Shown: in pieces, positions 12,946 to 24,140 of the stretch | Position numbering within the stretch: the stretch's first letter is position 1 | Layout: every line of letters starts with the position of its first letter | DNA from: Octopus sinensis | Lineage: Eukaryota | NCBI RefSeq assembly: GCF_006345805.1 | Contig: NC_043002.1 | Coordinates: 19,964,001-20,028,000, forward strand | DNA: 64,000 nt | Direction of reading: 5' to 3' | Translations under genes and position numbers: made by a program | Notes under the pieces: generated by a model | What the model saw: the letters and a program-made list of their open reading frames with translations, nothing else | What the model was told of the DNA's origin: nothing | The model's database searches: none

Positions 12946-13317
12946 GGAAGCACTCCGTTGGTTACGACGACGAGGGTTCCGGTTGATCCGAATCAACGGA
13001 ACAGCCTGCTCGTGAAATTAACGTGTAAGTGGCTGAGCACTCCACAGACACGTGTACCCTTAACGTAGTTCTCGGGGATATTCAGCGTGACACAGAGAGT
13101 GACAAGGCCGGCCCTTTGAAATACAGGTACAACAGAAACAGGAAGTAAGAGTGAGAGAGAAAGTTGTGGTGAAAGAGTACAGCAGGGATCACCACCATCC
13201 CCTGCCGGAGCCTCGTGGAGCTTAAGGTGTTTTCGCTCAATAAACACTCACAACGCCCAGTCTGGGAATTGAAACCGCGAGTCCGCTGCCGTAACCACTG
13301 GGCCATTGCGCCTCCAC
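12946..13317 (-). mobile_element. tRNA-derived SINE, family C, with 11-bp TSD
   Basis: The - strand head GTGGAGGCGCAATGGCCCAGTGG...GGTTTCAATTCCC carries A and B boxes. ATTGGTATTTT flanks it at 12935-12945 and 13318-13328. It is CpG-rich and inserted in an older family-B-like SINE. Confidence 0.85.
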
Positions 13318-14152
13318 ATTGGTATTTTATTAACCCACTGAAAGGATGGAAGGCAAAGTCAACCTCTGGAATTTGAACTCAGAGCATAGAGCTGGAAGAA
13401 GTGTTGCTAAGCATTATGCCCGACAAGCTGACAATCCTGCCAGCTTGTCACATTTATAATAGTAATACTCACACACCTGCTCACATAATTTCATGTGGTT
13501 GAGGTTTTTGTTTGTTATGATCATTATAGTCTTTATTCTGAGTATAATTGTTATTTTAAAGCATTGAATGATATATAATTGTTATTTTCAATTCTGTTTT
13601 AAACCTATGGCTGTTTAAGTGCAATTAAAAGGACAATTTCCCTGGAAATGTCCTAATTACTTAGTATGAAATGTCACTTCTTTGAATACATCTTAGACAT
13701 TATGAGCAATCATGAAGCCTTATCATGAGTACCTAATCATGTTAATTAACGACCAGTCCCCGAAGTCATTGTGTGTGCATTAGCTGTTAGCAATCATGTT
13801 TGTATGTTGGCCCTTATTTGCTTACTTCTGCTGTTTTGAAATGACGGACAGAAGCTACCTTGTTCTTAAGTTTTGTTATATGTGTGTGTGTGTAAACTGA
13901 CATGGTTAAGAAGTTCATTTCACAACCATAGGTTATGAGTTCAATCCCAATGTTTAGGAACATAGACGAATGTCTTTATAGCTTCATTATAATCAATGTC
14001 TTGTTAGTGGAATTTGGTTGACAGAATTTATGTAGAAGCTTGTATGTGTGTGAACATGTGCACCCATGTCTTTGTGTTCGTCATATTTATGTTCCAAATC
14101 TTAGAACTTTTGAGAAATAGATAGCCTCAAAGTTTTGTACCAAAATAGTACC

Positions 14153-14385
14153 TATTTCTTTATTACCCACAAGGGGTTAAACATAGAGGGGACAAACAAG
14201 GACAGACAAAGGTATTAAGTCGATTACATCGACCCCAGTGCGTAACTAGTACTTATTTAATTGACCCCGAAAGGATGAAAAGCAAAGTCGACCTCGGCGG
14301 AATTTGAACTCACAATGTAACAGCAGACGAAATACCGCAAAGCATTTCGTCCGGCGTGCTAACGCTTCTGCCAGCTCGCCACCTT
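14153..14385 (-). mobile_element. SINE family B with 16-bp TSD
   Basis: Full-length copy; GTACCAAAATAGTACC at 14137-14152 and 14423-14438; inserted into a decayed SINE spanning about 13898-14516. Confidence 0.9.
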
Positions 14386-14387
14386 CA

Positions 14388-14472
14388 AACCTTTAAAGGC
14401 ATAACTGATCATATCGAAACTGGTACCAAAATAGTACCGGTTTCGATATGATCAGTTATGCCTTTAAAGGTT
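14388..14472. repeat. 39-bp inverted repeat with 7-nt loop
   Basis: Arms 14388-14426 and 14434-14472 are reverse complements with one mismatch; loop CAAAATA. Confidence 0.95.
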
Positions 14473-16223
14473 ATGCCCCAGCATGGCTACAGCCCAGTGA
14501 GCCATGCAAGTAAAAGCATAATATATTAATGTAAAAAAAAAAAATAGGTTAGTGATGATAAATGGAAATATAAGAGTTTTTCTAATTAGTTGACCTTGGT
14601 ACTTAAAGAACTCAAGTGGTTTTTGTCATGAGAAAATATAGAAATCATGTTATTTATTTTTTGGATTGCAGCTTGCCATAGAATGAATGATGTTCACAAT
14701 GCTGAGTACATCGTCAATGTATGAATAACGACTCGATTATAGGTGTGATATATGCATGTGACTGGGTGGATTGTTAGGATAAACCAAGTGACATGAGGGA
14801 GAAAGAAAAGAGAGGGATCCTCAGAAAAGCTTTTGTATTCTTTTGAAGTTTGAATCCTTTTTTTTTTCTTTTTAAAAATGCATAGAGTCTCTAAAACAGG
14901 GCAGTTGGAAAATTATATGATACAAAGTACTGTATGATTAAATAAGTAATTGTGAAAATTAACTTTATGCATTTAACTGGTTTACAAATACCAACAACTT
15001 TCCTTTTCAGATGTCTAAGGATCCTCAGATCTGTGACCTCTCTTTCATTTCCCTTAGCATTGAATAAAAGAAATATTTTACTCCTAGATCTTGAATGTGT
15101 CATTGTTTGCTGAATAATCATTTGTCAATTCCATAATGTAGTTGTTTCACCCTGGTCAAGCAGGTCTTATGATCAAAGGAATTCTAGCTGTGATAATCTT
15201 ATAATTTTTTTTTTTTTGTTTTTGGATATAGTGTATACCAGGTTACATTTAACCATTGTAATTTTTTAAGATTTGGGGAAAAATTTAGCTGTTATTTTTG
15301 GTAGGTTGAGTTGCCACATAAAAATTCCCTTTTCCCTTGTTAATGTTTACTGTTCTGAATCACACTACTCATAGTATCTACTTATAGTTATATGAGTAGA
15401 ATTGGCTTTTGTGATTTAAGTATCTTAGCCACAAATACAATACAGTGCCAGTTAGGAGATACTAATTATTTGGTCAGAGTCCAGTTGCTTGCTATCTCTC
15501 TTTTCGAAAAATGGTATAAGGGAGATTTAAAAAGATAGTATGACATCATCATAATTTCATGTTGTCCTAACATTCTTTACAAAAATGTCATGACATAATA
15601 ACATATATATAGAATAGGTTAGTAGTTGCTATAGAGAGAGGTTCCAAATGCGTGGGTTTGTTTCACTTTCAAATTTGCTCCATATTCTTGCAAGATTTTT
15701 TCATAGAGAACCAGCTTCAACACATTTTGAATTAAAAGAAAGACTGGTGCTTGAATTTAGCGACTTGGTTGGCAGATTTTTTTTTTCTTTTGCCATAAAT
15801 GTCATCAAATTTTATAAACCTAATTCAGAATGTTTTCACTGATCATATCATTTTAAATGAGACGATTACAAGGTTTTGATTAAGTGAAATAATTTGCAGC
15901 ATTGAAATTAGCTTTAATGGCTCCAATAGCTGCAGTTTTATGGACAGCTTCAATATTAAAGAATTTTGAATGGGTCATTAAATATAGTTCCCATTTTAAA
16001 AAAGGAGAAGAATTTGTGTTGGTTAGCTTGTGAAGGAGAAGCAGTCTTGTCAGATGTGTAGATAAACTGACAAGCAAGATTAGAACAGTTAACATAGAAC
16101 GCTAACTGGAGGTTAGTGTTTAATGAGAATGAATACATGCAGAGATTTTGCATATCTCCAGTGTTATTAGCATTGAATAAAGTAGCAGCAGAAATACTGC
16201 CCTCCATTTGGTTTTTCTGATGT

Positions 16224-16614
16224 CTTTTATTCTGTTACTTGTTTCAGTCATTTGACTGTGGCCATGCTAGAGCACCACCTTTTAGTCGAACAAGTCGACC
16301 CCAGGACTTATTCTTTGTAAGCTTAGTACTTATTCTATCGGTCTCTTTTGCCAAACTGCTAAGTAACAGCGATGTAAACATACCAGCATCAGTTGTCAAG
16401 CGATGGTGGGGGGGACAAACACAGACACACAATCATACACACACACACATGAAGGGCTTCTTTTAGTTTCCGTCTACCAAATCCAGTCACAAGGCTTTGG
16501 TCAGCCCGAGGCTATAGTAGAAGACAACTTGCCCAAGGTGCCACGCAGTAGGACTGAACCCAGAACCATGTGGTTGGTAAGCAAGCTACTTACCACACAG
16601 CCACTCCTGTGCCT
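16224..16614 (-). mobile_element. tRNA-derived SINE, family A
   Basis: Full-length reverse-complement copy. Confidence 0.9.
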
Positions 16615-16805
16615 ATGTCTTGTGTAATATTATTTCATCTTTCCATATATGTAGAACTATACTGTCTAGTCACCTTTTCTAATGTAAGAGTCTTAGGTAA
16701 TTTGAGGGATATTGGATTGTTATTTATAGTAGGTAGAGGTACAGGTTTATTACTTAAGAGTGTAACAGGTAGTGGGAAGAAAAGCTGGCAGTGTTTTCAT
16801 TACAT

Positions 16806-16819
16806 TACACACACGCACA

Positions 16820-16875
<56 letters not shown>
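16806..16875. repeat. (CA)n(CT)n microsatellite
   Basis: Directly visible. Confidence 0.95.
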
Positions 16876-16876
<1 letters not shown>

Positions 16877-17714
16877 ATATTAACAGCATTATACTTATTG
16901 AATCCATCCTTGTTAAGGCTAGATTCATAAGGTCACAACTATCTGCTTCCATTTATTTTGCCTTTTCTGCAACAAGATATTCTTCAGAATGAAGTTGTTA
17001 GCTCCTGTGCCCAGTTCTTGACATGAAGAGCTCCAGCTCTTCCTGTTAAGAACTGTCCAGCTCGGTGTATGAACCCTGCCACTGGATCCTTTGGACTCAG
17101 TGGGAGGTAGAACCCTATATTCAATGTTTAGCTTCAATTCCTGTAGGTCAGTAATTGGGGTAAAAGGGGGCTTAAAAATCCCAGAGGTTTTCATGTCTAT
17201 GAAGGAAGAGTTGGATAAGAAAGTATATAGAGATGAGAAAAGGAAGATAATCATGTTCACAAGTTCATTAAAATGTTTTTGGATTGTGGTATCATGTTTG
17301 AAGTTAGTTCATGGTTGGCAATTTCAGAAGAGCAGAGATTTGCAGTAGTGGTAGAAGAGACAATGAGAAGGCTCAGTGCATCTCTATGTTAGTGGAGCTG
17401 AAATATGAAGGCTTGCCTATAAAGTTATATGGCATTTTTCTTTCAGTATTTGTGTGTGTGTGTGATAGCTTTATTATCTCATATAAGGGTAATAAGTTTA
17501 TGTAGAACATAATTGTGCCTTGTCAAGGGTTAGCAATTGCCCTTTCTACTGCTAATTTCTTAACTGTAATATAGAAGCAGATGCTTTTGACCCCACAATG
17601 CCAACTCTCAAAAGATGAAGTTCAGTTTGGAATTTATAACCATATTATTAACTTTAAAAAATACTAAAAAATTGTATTTCCTGTTTTGTTTTGTTATTTC
17701 ATTATTAGGTGAAG

Positions 17715-17897
17715 ATGCGGCTTCAATGTGACATGGAAATCAGTAACCGGGCTTTACCATCCCATAATTTGAAGAGCTCAGGACGTTGCAGCCGAGGCTA
17801 TTTAAGTATTGGACAAAACCCAGGCAGTACAAATAAACAGAGGACTGTTTATATCATGCTTTGTACTGCTAAAGATAAAACTGGGACCAAATATGTT
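17715..17897 (+). CDS. LRR1: Leucine-rich repeat protein 1, coding exon 1
   Basis: MRLQCDMEISNRALPSHNLKSSGRCSRGYLSIG...LCTAKDKTGTKYV matches the LRR1 N-terminus (MKLHCEVEV...LKDKRGTRYE). Acceptor TAG ends at 17708 and donor GTAAGT starts at 17898; phase 0. Confidence 0.9.
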
Positions 17898-18111
17898 GTA
17901 AGTTGACCTTCCTCTTTTGTTTAATGGATTTTAGCTTTGTAATATTTAAAAGAGGATTTATAGTGTCAATAAGTTGACAACTGTGAAGAGTGTAACTTCT
18001 GACAATCAAACTTAGCAGCAGGCTATGAACTCTCCTTTGGATTAATTGTTGCCAACACTGGTTGTCACTAGTTACCTCAAATATGAAGCTTCACTCTAAG
18101 TAGCATTTAGT

Positions 18112-19040
18112 TTAACCCCTTAGCATTTAAACTGGTCATATCCGGCCCAAATATTCTACCTGTTTTATGCTCAGATTGTTGAGATCTGGCTTCTTACACT
18201 ACACTACAATGTCATTCTAAAAATAAACAAAAGCACGACCTTTGAATATTGGGCCTCACCGAGGCAATGACTAGTGACCAAGACCTTTGGAGATATGCTG
18301 TGCTTGAGAAGACCCAACAAGTCAAGTGAGACCATAACCCATGGCCTATGCCAGTGGTGTATAACCAGCCCACTTATGAGTACCCTTCATTCATTGGACA
18401 ATAAACTTTGCTTGCGAAGACCTGTTGAGGCAAGTGAAATCAAAATCGCTGATGTGGCCGATGACAGTACCACCTGATCGGCACTTGTGCCAGTGGAACG
18501 TTAAAAGTACCATCTGAGCGTGATTGTTGCCAGGGCCACTGACTGGCTCATATGCCGGTGGCATATAAAAAGCACTAATCGAGCATGATCATTGCCAGTG
18601 TTGCCTTACTGGTACATGTGCAGGTGGTACGTGAAAAACAACATTCGAGCGTGGTTGCTGCCAGTGCCGCTGGACTGGCTCCCGTGCAGGTGGTATGTAA
18701 AAAACACCTTTGAGCATGGTCACTGCCAGTACCACCTGACTGGCCCTCATGCCGGTGGCATGTAAAAGCACCCACTACACTCCTGGAGTGGTTAGCATTA
18801 GGAAAGGCATCCAGCTGTAGAAACTTTGCCAGATCAGATTGGAGCCTGGTGCAGCCTTCTGGCTCACCAGTCCTCAGTCAAACCGTCCAACCCATGCCAG
18901 TATGGAAAGCAGATGTTAAACAATGATGATGATGACATCATCAATATTTCAAAACTACAAGATAATGCATGATTAATTCAAAACAATGTGAATAAGTAAG
19001 TGTTGCATTTGACAGAGCAATCTGAATGCTAAAGGGTTAA
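18112..19040. mobile_element. piggyBac-type MITE interrupted by an RTE fragment
   Basis: TTAACCCC at 18112 and CTAAAGGGTTAA ending at 19040; halves 18112-18230 and 18935-19040. Confidence 0.8.
18231..18934 (+). mobile_element. 5'-truncated RTE LINE
   Basis: Starts at the KHDL codons (AAGCACGACC; compare LINE 53851), has five hairpin modules and ends in the (GAT)n tail. Confidence 0.9.
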
Positions 19041-19229
19041 TGTTTCCTGCTTTATCACTGTCATCATTTTCAATATTTTAATATTTATTTGTCCAACTTG
19101 ACACAGTTGAGAAGTCTGCTGATGCATTTGTCTAGGCACCTTCATTCTGTGATATCTTATCAGTAAAGACTCCATGTTCCCATGCTGGGGTGTTCTACTA
19201 TGGTATTGGTCTAAACTTAATCCAGGTTC

Positions 19230-19530
19230 ATTACTCATGTCGTTATCATTTTGCACCCAGTTGCATGGGGGTTGCTCACTCTTGACAAGATTCTCTTTCG
19301 TATGACATAGTGCCACTTCCTTCTATCTCCTTTCATTTTATCTATGTGTACTCAAGATCTAACCTCACTACAGTTTGTTATGTCCCCCTTTGCAATAGGT
19401 GCTCTCCACTCATTGACTTTTTCACACTGCATCCACTTGTCCATTCACAACACATGTCTATTCACAACACAACTCATCTCTTGTACATATCATCTCTCTC
19501 AGTTCAGTTACGCATTCTTTCTTGAAGGTT
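19230..19530 (-). mobile_element. Old RTE relic (ORF C-terminus)
   Basis: The degenerate - strand translation resembles ELRE...GDRRKWHYVI of the RTE C-terminus. Confidence 0.45.
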
Positions 19531-20596
19531 AATGTTACACACCTAACAGGTTCATACTCAATTTGATGTTTCATCCATAATCCCCCAAAGTTCTCAGGTT
19601 TGCAACAGTAATAATAGTTGAAATAATTGATCCTTCTCCCATACTTGGCTGATACTTATTTTATTAACCACTCGATAGATGAAAGATAAATTTAATTTCA
19701 GTAATATTTAAACTCAGGCTACCAAGGCATATAACTAAATATTACAAAGCATTTAGTCTGTTGGCACTGTACCACTTATTCCATACACCACCCCCATAGG
19801 CACTAAACAAGCACACACACATACACAAATATATACACACATTGCCTGAGTAAATAAGATATTATACAGTTGGCTCAAGTGTCAGTGTTAAAATTTATCA
19901 AGTTTCATTGTCTCTTGGAGTATGATATTTAATTTATATGCCTTTATTTACCAAAGTATCCAGGAAACTCATTTGCAATAAGCAGGTGTCTCATCCAGAG
20001 GAAAGTAATTTCTCATCTGTTTTGTACTTTTAATCTGAAAAAATTAAGCTCCAGTACTTAAGACCATTCTGAGGACTTAAAAAGATTTCCCTTTGTTTTA
20101 ATTGAAGCAATGCTTCTGGCTTTTATGAGAATTGGTAAATCAGGAAATTGTGACAACACACAAGCCATTCCCACTCAGACTCTCCTAAATCATTTTGTCA
20201 CTGCTCTTACCACTTTTATTACCCCCCCACACACACACACATACACACATTGCACCCCAGGCTTTGTACTATCCACTGTGGCCAGTCCTCAGGTTGTCTC
20301 CTGAAACCACCTCCTCATTTGTATTTTTCTTGTATTCATCAACTTGCAGTTATTTAAGATGCACATTAACCAAATTGATATCAACTGCCTCAGACAGCCT
20401 GCAAAGGCTATGGTCACGACCCATTTCCCCTAATGAAACCAATAAAAATAAACATAAATAAAAATTAAAAAATTGAAAGCCGTTCTAATTAGAACCACTA
20501 CTGCATTATTGATGATGGAGAGGATTTAAGCAGTTTTGATATTCGCTTTGTTATCTCAAAGCTTAACATAGAGTTGAATTTGACAGGATTCTTATT

Positions 20597-21066
20597 TATT
20601 TCTTTACTGCCCACAAGGGGTTACACACAGAGGGGACAAACAAGGACAGACAAATGGGTTAAGTTGATTATATCGACCCCAGTGGGAAGGTGGCGAACTG
20701 GCAGAAACGTTAGCATGCCAGGTGAAATGCTTAGCGGTATTTCGCCCGCTGTTACGTTCTGAGTTCAAATTCCGTCGAGGTCGACTTTGCCTCTCATCCT
20801 TTCGGGGTCGATAAATTAAGTACCAGTTACTCCGTGGGGTCGATATAATCGACTTAATCCTTTTGTCTGTCCTTGTTTGTCCTCTCTGTGTTTAGCCCCT
20901 TGTGGGCAATAAAGAAATATATATTGACCCCAGTACGTAACTGGTACTTATTTAATCAACCCCGAAAGGATGAAAGGCAAAGTCGACCTCGGCGGAATTT
21001 GAACTCAGAACGTACCGCTAAGCATTTCGCCTGGCATGCAAACGTTTCTGCCAGCTCATTGCCTTA
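20597..21066 (-). mobile_element. SINE family B (host) with an inverted family B copy nested inside
   Basis: Inner + copy at 20684-20919 is flanked by TATATCGACCCCAGT (20669-20683) and TATATTGACCCCAGT (20920-20934). Confidence 0.9.
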
Positions 21067-21457
21067 CTTATTCTTATTTCTATACTGCTTGATTCGTTTC
21101 ATCTAACTGTTGGGAATAAGTATCAACTCTCCATCAAATAATGCCTACCGTGGACTGGTGTTCTGTCCTGGAGAAGATTCTATTCTTCTTAAGCCGCATC
21201 AATCCTGAGCTAACAACTGCCATTTGATTCAATGGGAGAGTCTCTATATGGTTACATTATCTGCTACCTTTCTCTCAAAGTTTACCTTACTGTCTTTAAA
21301 AAGAAGGGGACTTATTAAATAATGCAGTCTTAGATTGTCTGAGTCTCACTGTTAGACAGAAGGCATACCTTTGAGCATTGGTCATCTTAATTGTGGTTGA
21401 CCTCTAGCTAAACAGGAAACAGCAATTCTTGAACTTTTTGGAAATATATTTCCTATT

Positions 21458-23128
21458 CCGTGCTGTGGGCACATGACAAACACCATCCGATCGTGGCCGT
21501 TCGCCAGCCTCATCTAGCACCTGTGTCGGTGGCACATAAAAACACCATCCGAAGACCCGGCAAGACTAGTCAGGCCATAACCCATGGCCCCTACCTGGGA
21601 CGTAGTCAGTCCACCTGTGCATACCTTCCTTCTTGTGACACTTGTGAAGACCTGTTGAGGCAAGTGAAAATCAAATCAAAACAAATCAAAATAGATGAAC
21701 ATCAATGGAATCTGTATCTTTGTGGTACCAGTGCCGGTGGCACACACTTTGTGGTACCAGTGCTGGTGGCACACAAGAGAACCATCCGAACATGGCCGTA
21801 GCCAGTTCCGCATCGACCGGCCTCCGTGCTGTGGGCACGTAACAAACACCATCCGATCATGGCCGTTCGCCAGCCTCATCTGGCACCTGTGTCGGTGGCA
21901 CATAAAAACACCTTCCGAAGACCCGGCAAGACTAGTCAGTCCACCTGTGCATACCTTCCTTCTTGTGACACTTGTGAAGACCGGTTGAGGCAAGTGAAAA
22001 TCAAATCAAATCAAAATAGACGAAATAGATGAACATCAATGGAATTTGTATCTTGTGGTACCAGTGCCTGTGGCACACAAGAAATCCATCAGTGCCGTAG
22101 TCAGTGCGGTGGGCACATGTCAAACACCATCCGATCGTGGCCGTTCGCCAGCCTCATCTAGCACCTGTGTCGGTGGCACATAAAAACACCATCCGAGACC
22201 CGGCAAGACTAGTCAGGCCATAACCCATGGCCCCTACCTGGGACGTAGTCAGTCCACCTGTGCATACCTTCCTTCTTGTGACACTTGTGAAGACCTGTTG
22301 AGGCAAGTGAAAATCAAAACAAATCAAAATAGATGAACATATCAGTGCCGTAGTCAGTGCGGTGGGCACATGTCAAACACCATCCGATCGTGGCCGTTCG
22401 CCAGCCTCATCTAGCACCTGTGTCGGTGGCACATAAAAACACCATCCGAAGACCCGGCAAGACTAGTCAGGCCATAACCCATGGCCCCTACCTGGGACGT
22501 AGTCAGTCCACCTGTGCATACCTTCCTTCTTGTGACACTTGTGAAGACCTGTTGAGGCAAGTGAAAATCAAAACAAATCAAAATAGATGAACATCAATGG
22601 AATTTGTATCTTGTGGTACCAGTGCCGGTGGCACGTGGCACATAAGAAAACCATCCGAACGTGGCCGTAGCCAGTACCGCATCGACTGGCCTCCGTGCTG
22701 TGGGCACGTAACAAGCACCATCCGATCGTGGCCGTTTGCCAGCCTCATCTGGCACCTGTGTCGGTGGCACATAAAAACACCATCCGAGCGTGGCCGTCTG
22801 CCAGCCTCGTCTGGCACCTGTGTCGGTGGCACATAAAAACACCATCCGAGCGTGGCCGTCTGCCAGCCTCGTCTGGCACCTGTGTCGGTGGCACATAAAA
22901 ACACCATCCGAGCGTGGCCGTTTGCCAGCCTCGTCTGGCACCTGTGTCGGTGGCACATAAAATCAACCCACTACACTCTCGGAGTGGTTGGCGTTAGGAA
23001 GGGCATCCAGCTGTAGAAACACTGCCAGATCTGACTGGACTGGTGCAGCTTTCGGGCTCCCCAGACCCCAGTTGAACCGTCCAACCCATGCTAGCATGGA
23101 AAGCGGACGTTAAATGATGATGATGATG
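21458..23128 (+). repeat. Concatemer of RTE 3'UTR segments ending in one LINE tail
   Basis: AGACCCGGCAAGACTAGTC recurs at 21553, 21919, 22196 and 22450; a 62-bp period runs 22751/22813/22875/22937; ends in the (GAT)n tail. Confidence 0.9.
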
Positions 23129-23230
23129 GCATAAACTGTAGAATACTAGCTAACATTGTTCTTTTGGATTCTGAGACAAATGCTGTTGAAGCTAACTTTA
23201 CCTTTGGTCCCTCCTCAGGTCAAGACTACA

Positions 23231-23450
23231 TTAACTCTTTAGCGTTTAAACTGGCTGTATCCGGCCCAAATATTCTACCCATTTTATGCTCAAACTGGCC
23301 AGAACCAGCATATCACACCTATTCTGCAATATCATTCTGAAAATAAACAATTACATCTTTCAAATTTTGAAGCTACAAGATAATACCAGATTAATTTTTT
23401 TAAATGTGAATAAACAAGGATTACTTTTGACATATTAATCTGAAGGATGA
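23231..23450. mobile_element. piggyBac-type MITE, right end degenerate
   Basis: TTAACTCTTTAGC left end; internal similarity to 46300-46524. Confidence 0.7.
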
Positions 23451-23544
23451 AGTTGTACCATGGGCTAAAATGAACAGATCCTAAATGTTGTAGATCTTTC
23501 CTGCAATTTGACTTGGATATAATACAGTATTGGATTGGTCACTA

Positions 23545-24140
23545 GCAGCTCATGTCGGCTGGGAATAAGTGTGCACCGTTATACAATTTGGTAGGTAAAA
23601 CCTAGAAATTACCCACTCCCTCTACATCACCAATTTTAAGAAGTGTGTTGGTGAACATGATGACCTAGGTGTTATTGTCAACAGTGAGCTGTGTTGAATG
23701 AACCATATTCCTTATACTGATCAAAAGGCTGAAGGTGTCTTAGCATCATTCAGTAAGGCCTTTGTCAGCTGTCCACAGGCTATCTATTTAAACCTATTTA
23801 TAGCTATAGTACATTTATATATATACTTTTATATATACATTCATATAAAGCTTCAATGTCTTATATGTATATACTTTTATATATACATTTACACTAAAGC
23901 TTCAATGTCTAGCAGTTGACTGGGTAGAAATCCACAAGATTATCCACCATCTTTCCAATAATTTTGGTCACCTTTTTTTTGAGTCAGTATCTCTACCACC
24001 CATGGACATGCTTATAAAAGTTTAAAAAAACTGAGCAGCACCCATAACTTTTGGAAACATTTTTTCATGTTTAGGATTGTCAAAGCATGAAATAAACTAT
24101 TTCTGTCAGCTACTATCTCTGAGGACATTGTATCCTTAAA
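23545..24140 (+). mobile_element. CR1-like LINE relic (RT C-terminus)
   Basis: Motifs HDDLGVIVNSEL, MNHI...AEGVLASFSKAF...YLNLF and NF.KHFFMFRIVKA.NKL. Confidence 0.6.

Noticed and set aside
3329-19040. One composite MITE+RTE element duplicated to two loci
   Set aside because: The inserts differ in orientation relative to the MITE and in 5' truncation point.
21460-22966. Cluster of 70-126 aa ORFs on both strands
   Set aside because: They are produced by the GC-rich tandem repeat; the translations are repetitive and have no domain signature.
21458-23128. CRISPR-like array of palindromic repeats
   Set aside because: The spacers are themselves repeated and homologous, there are no cas genes, the context is a eukaryotic intron, and the units match the RTE 3'UTR.
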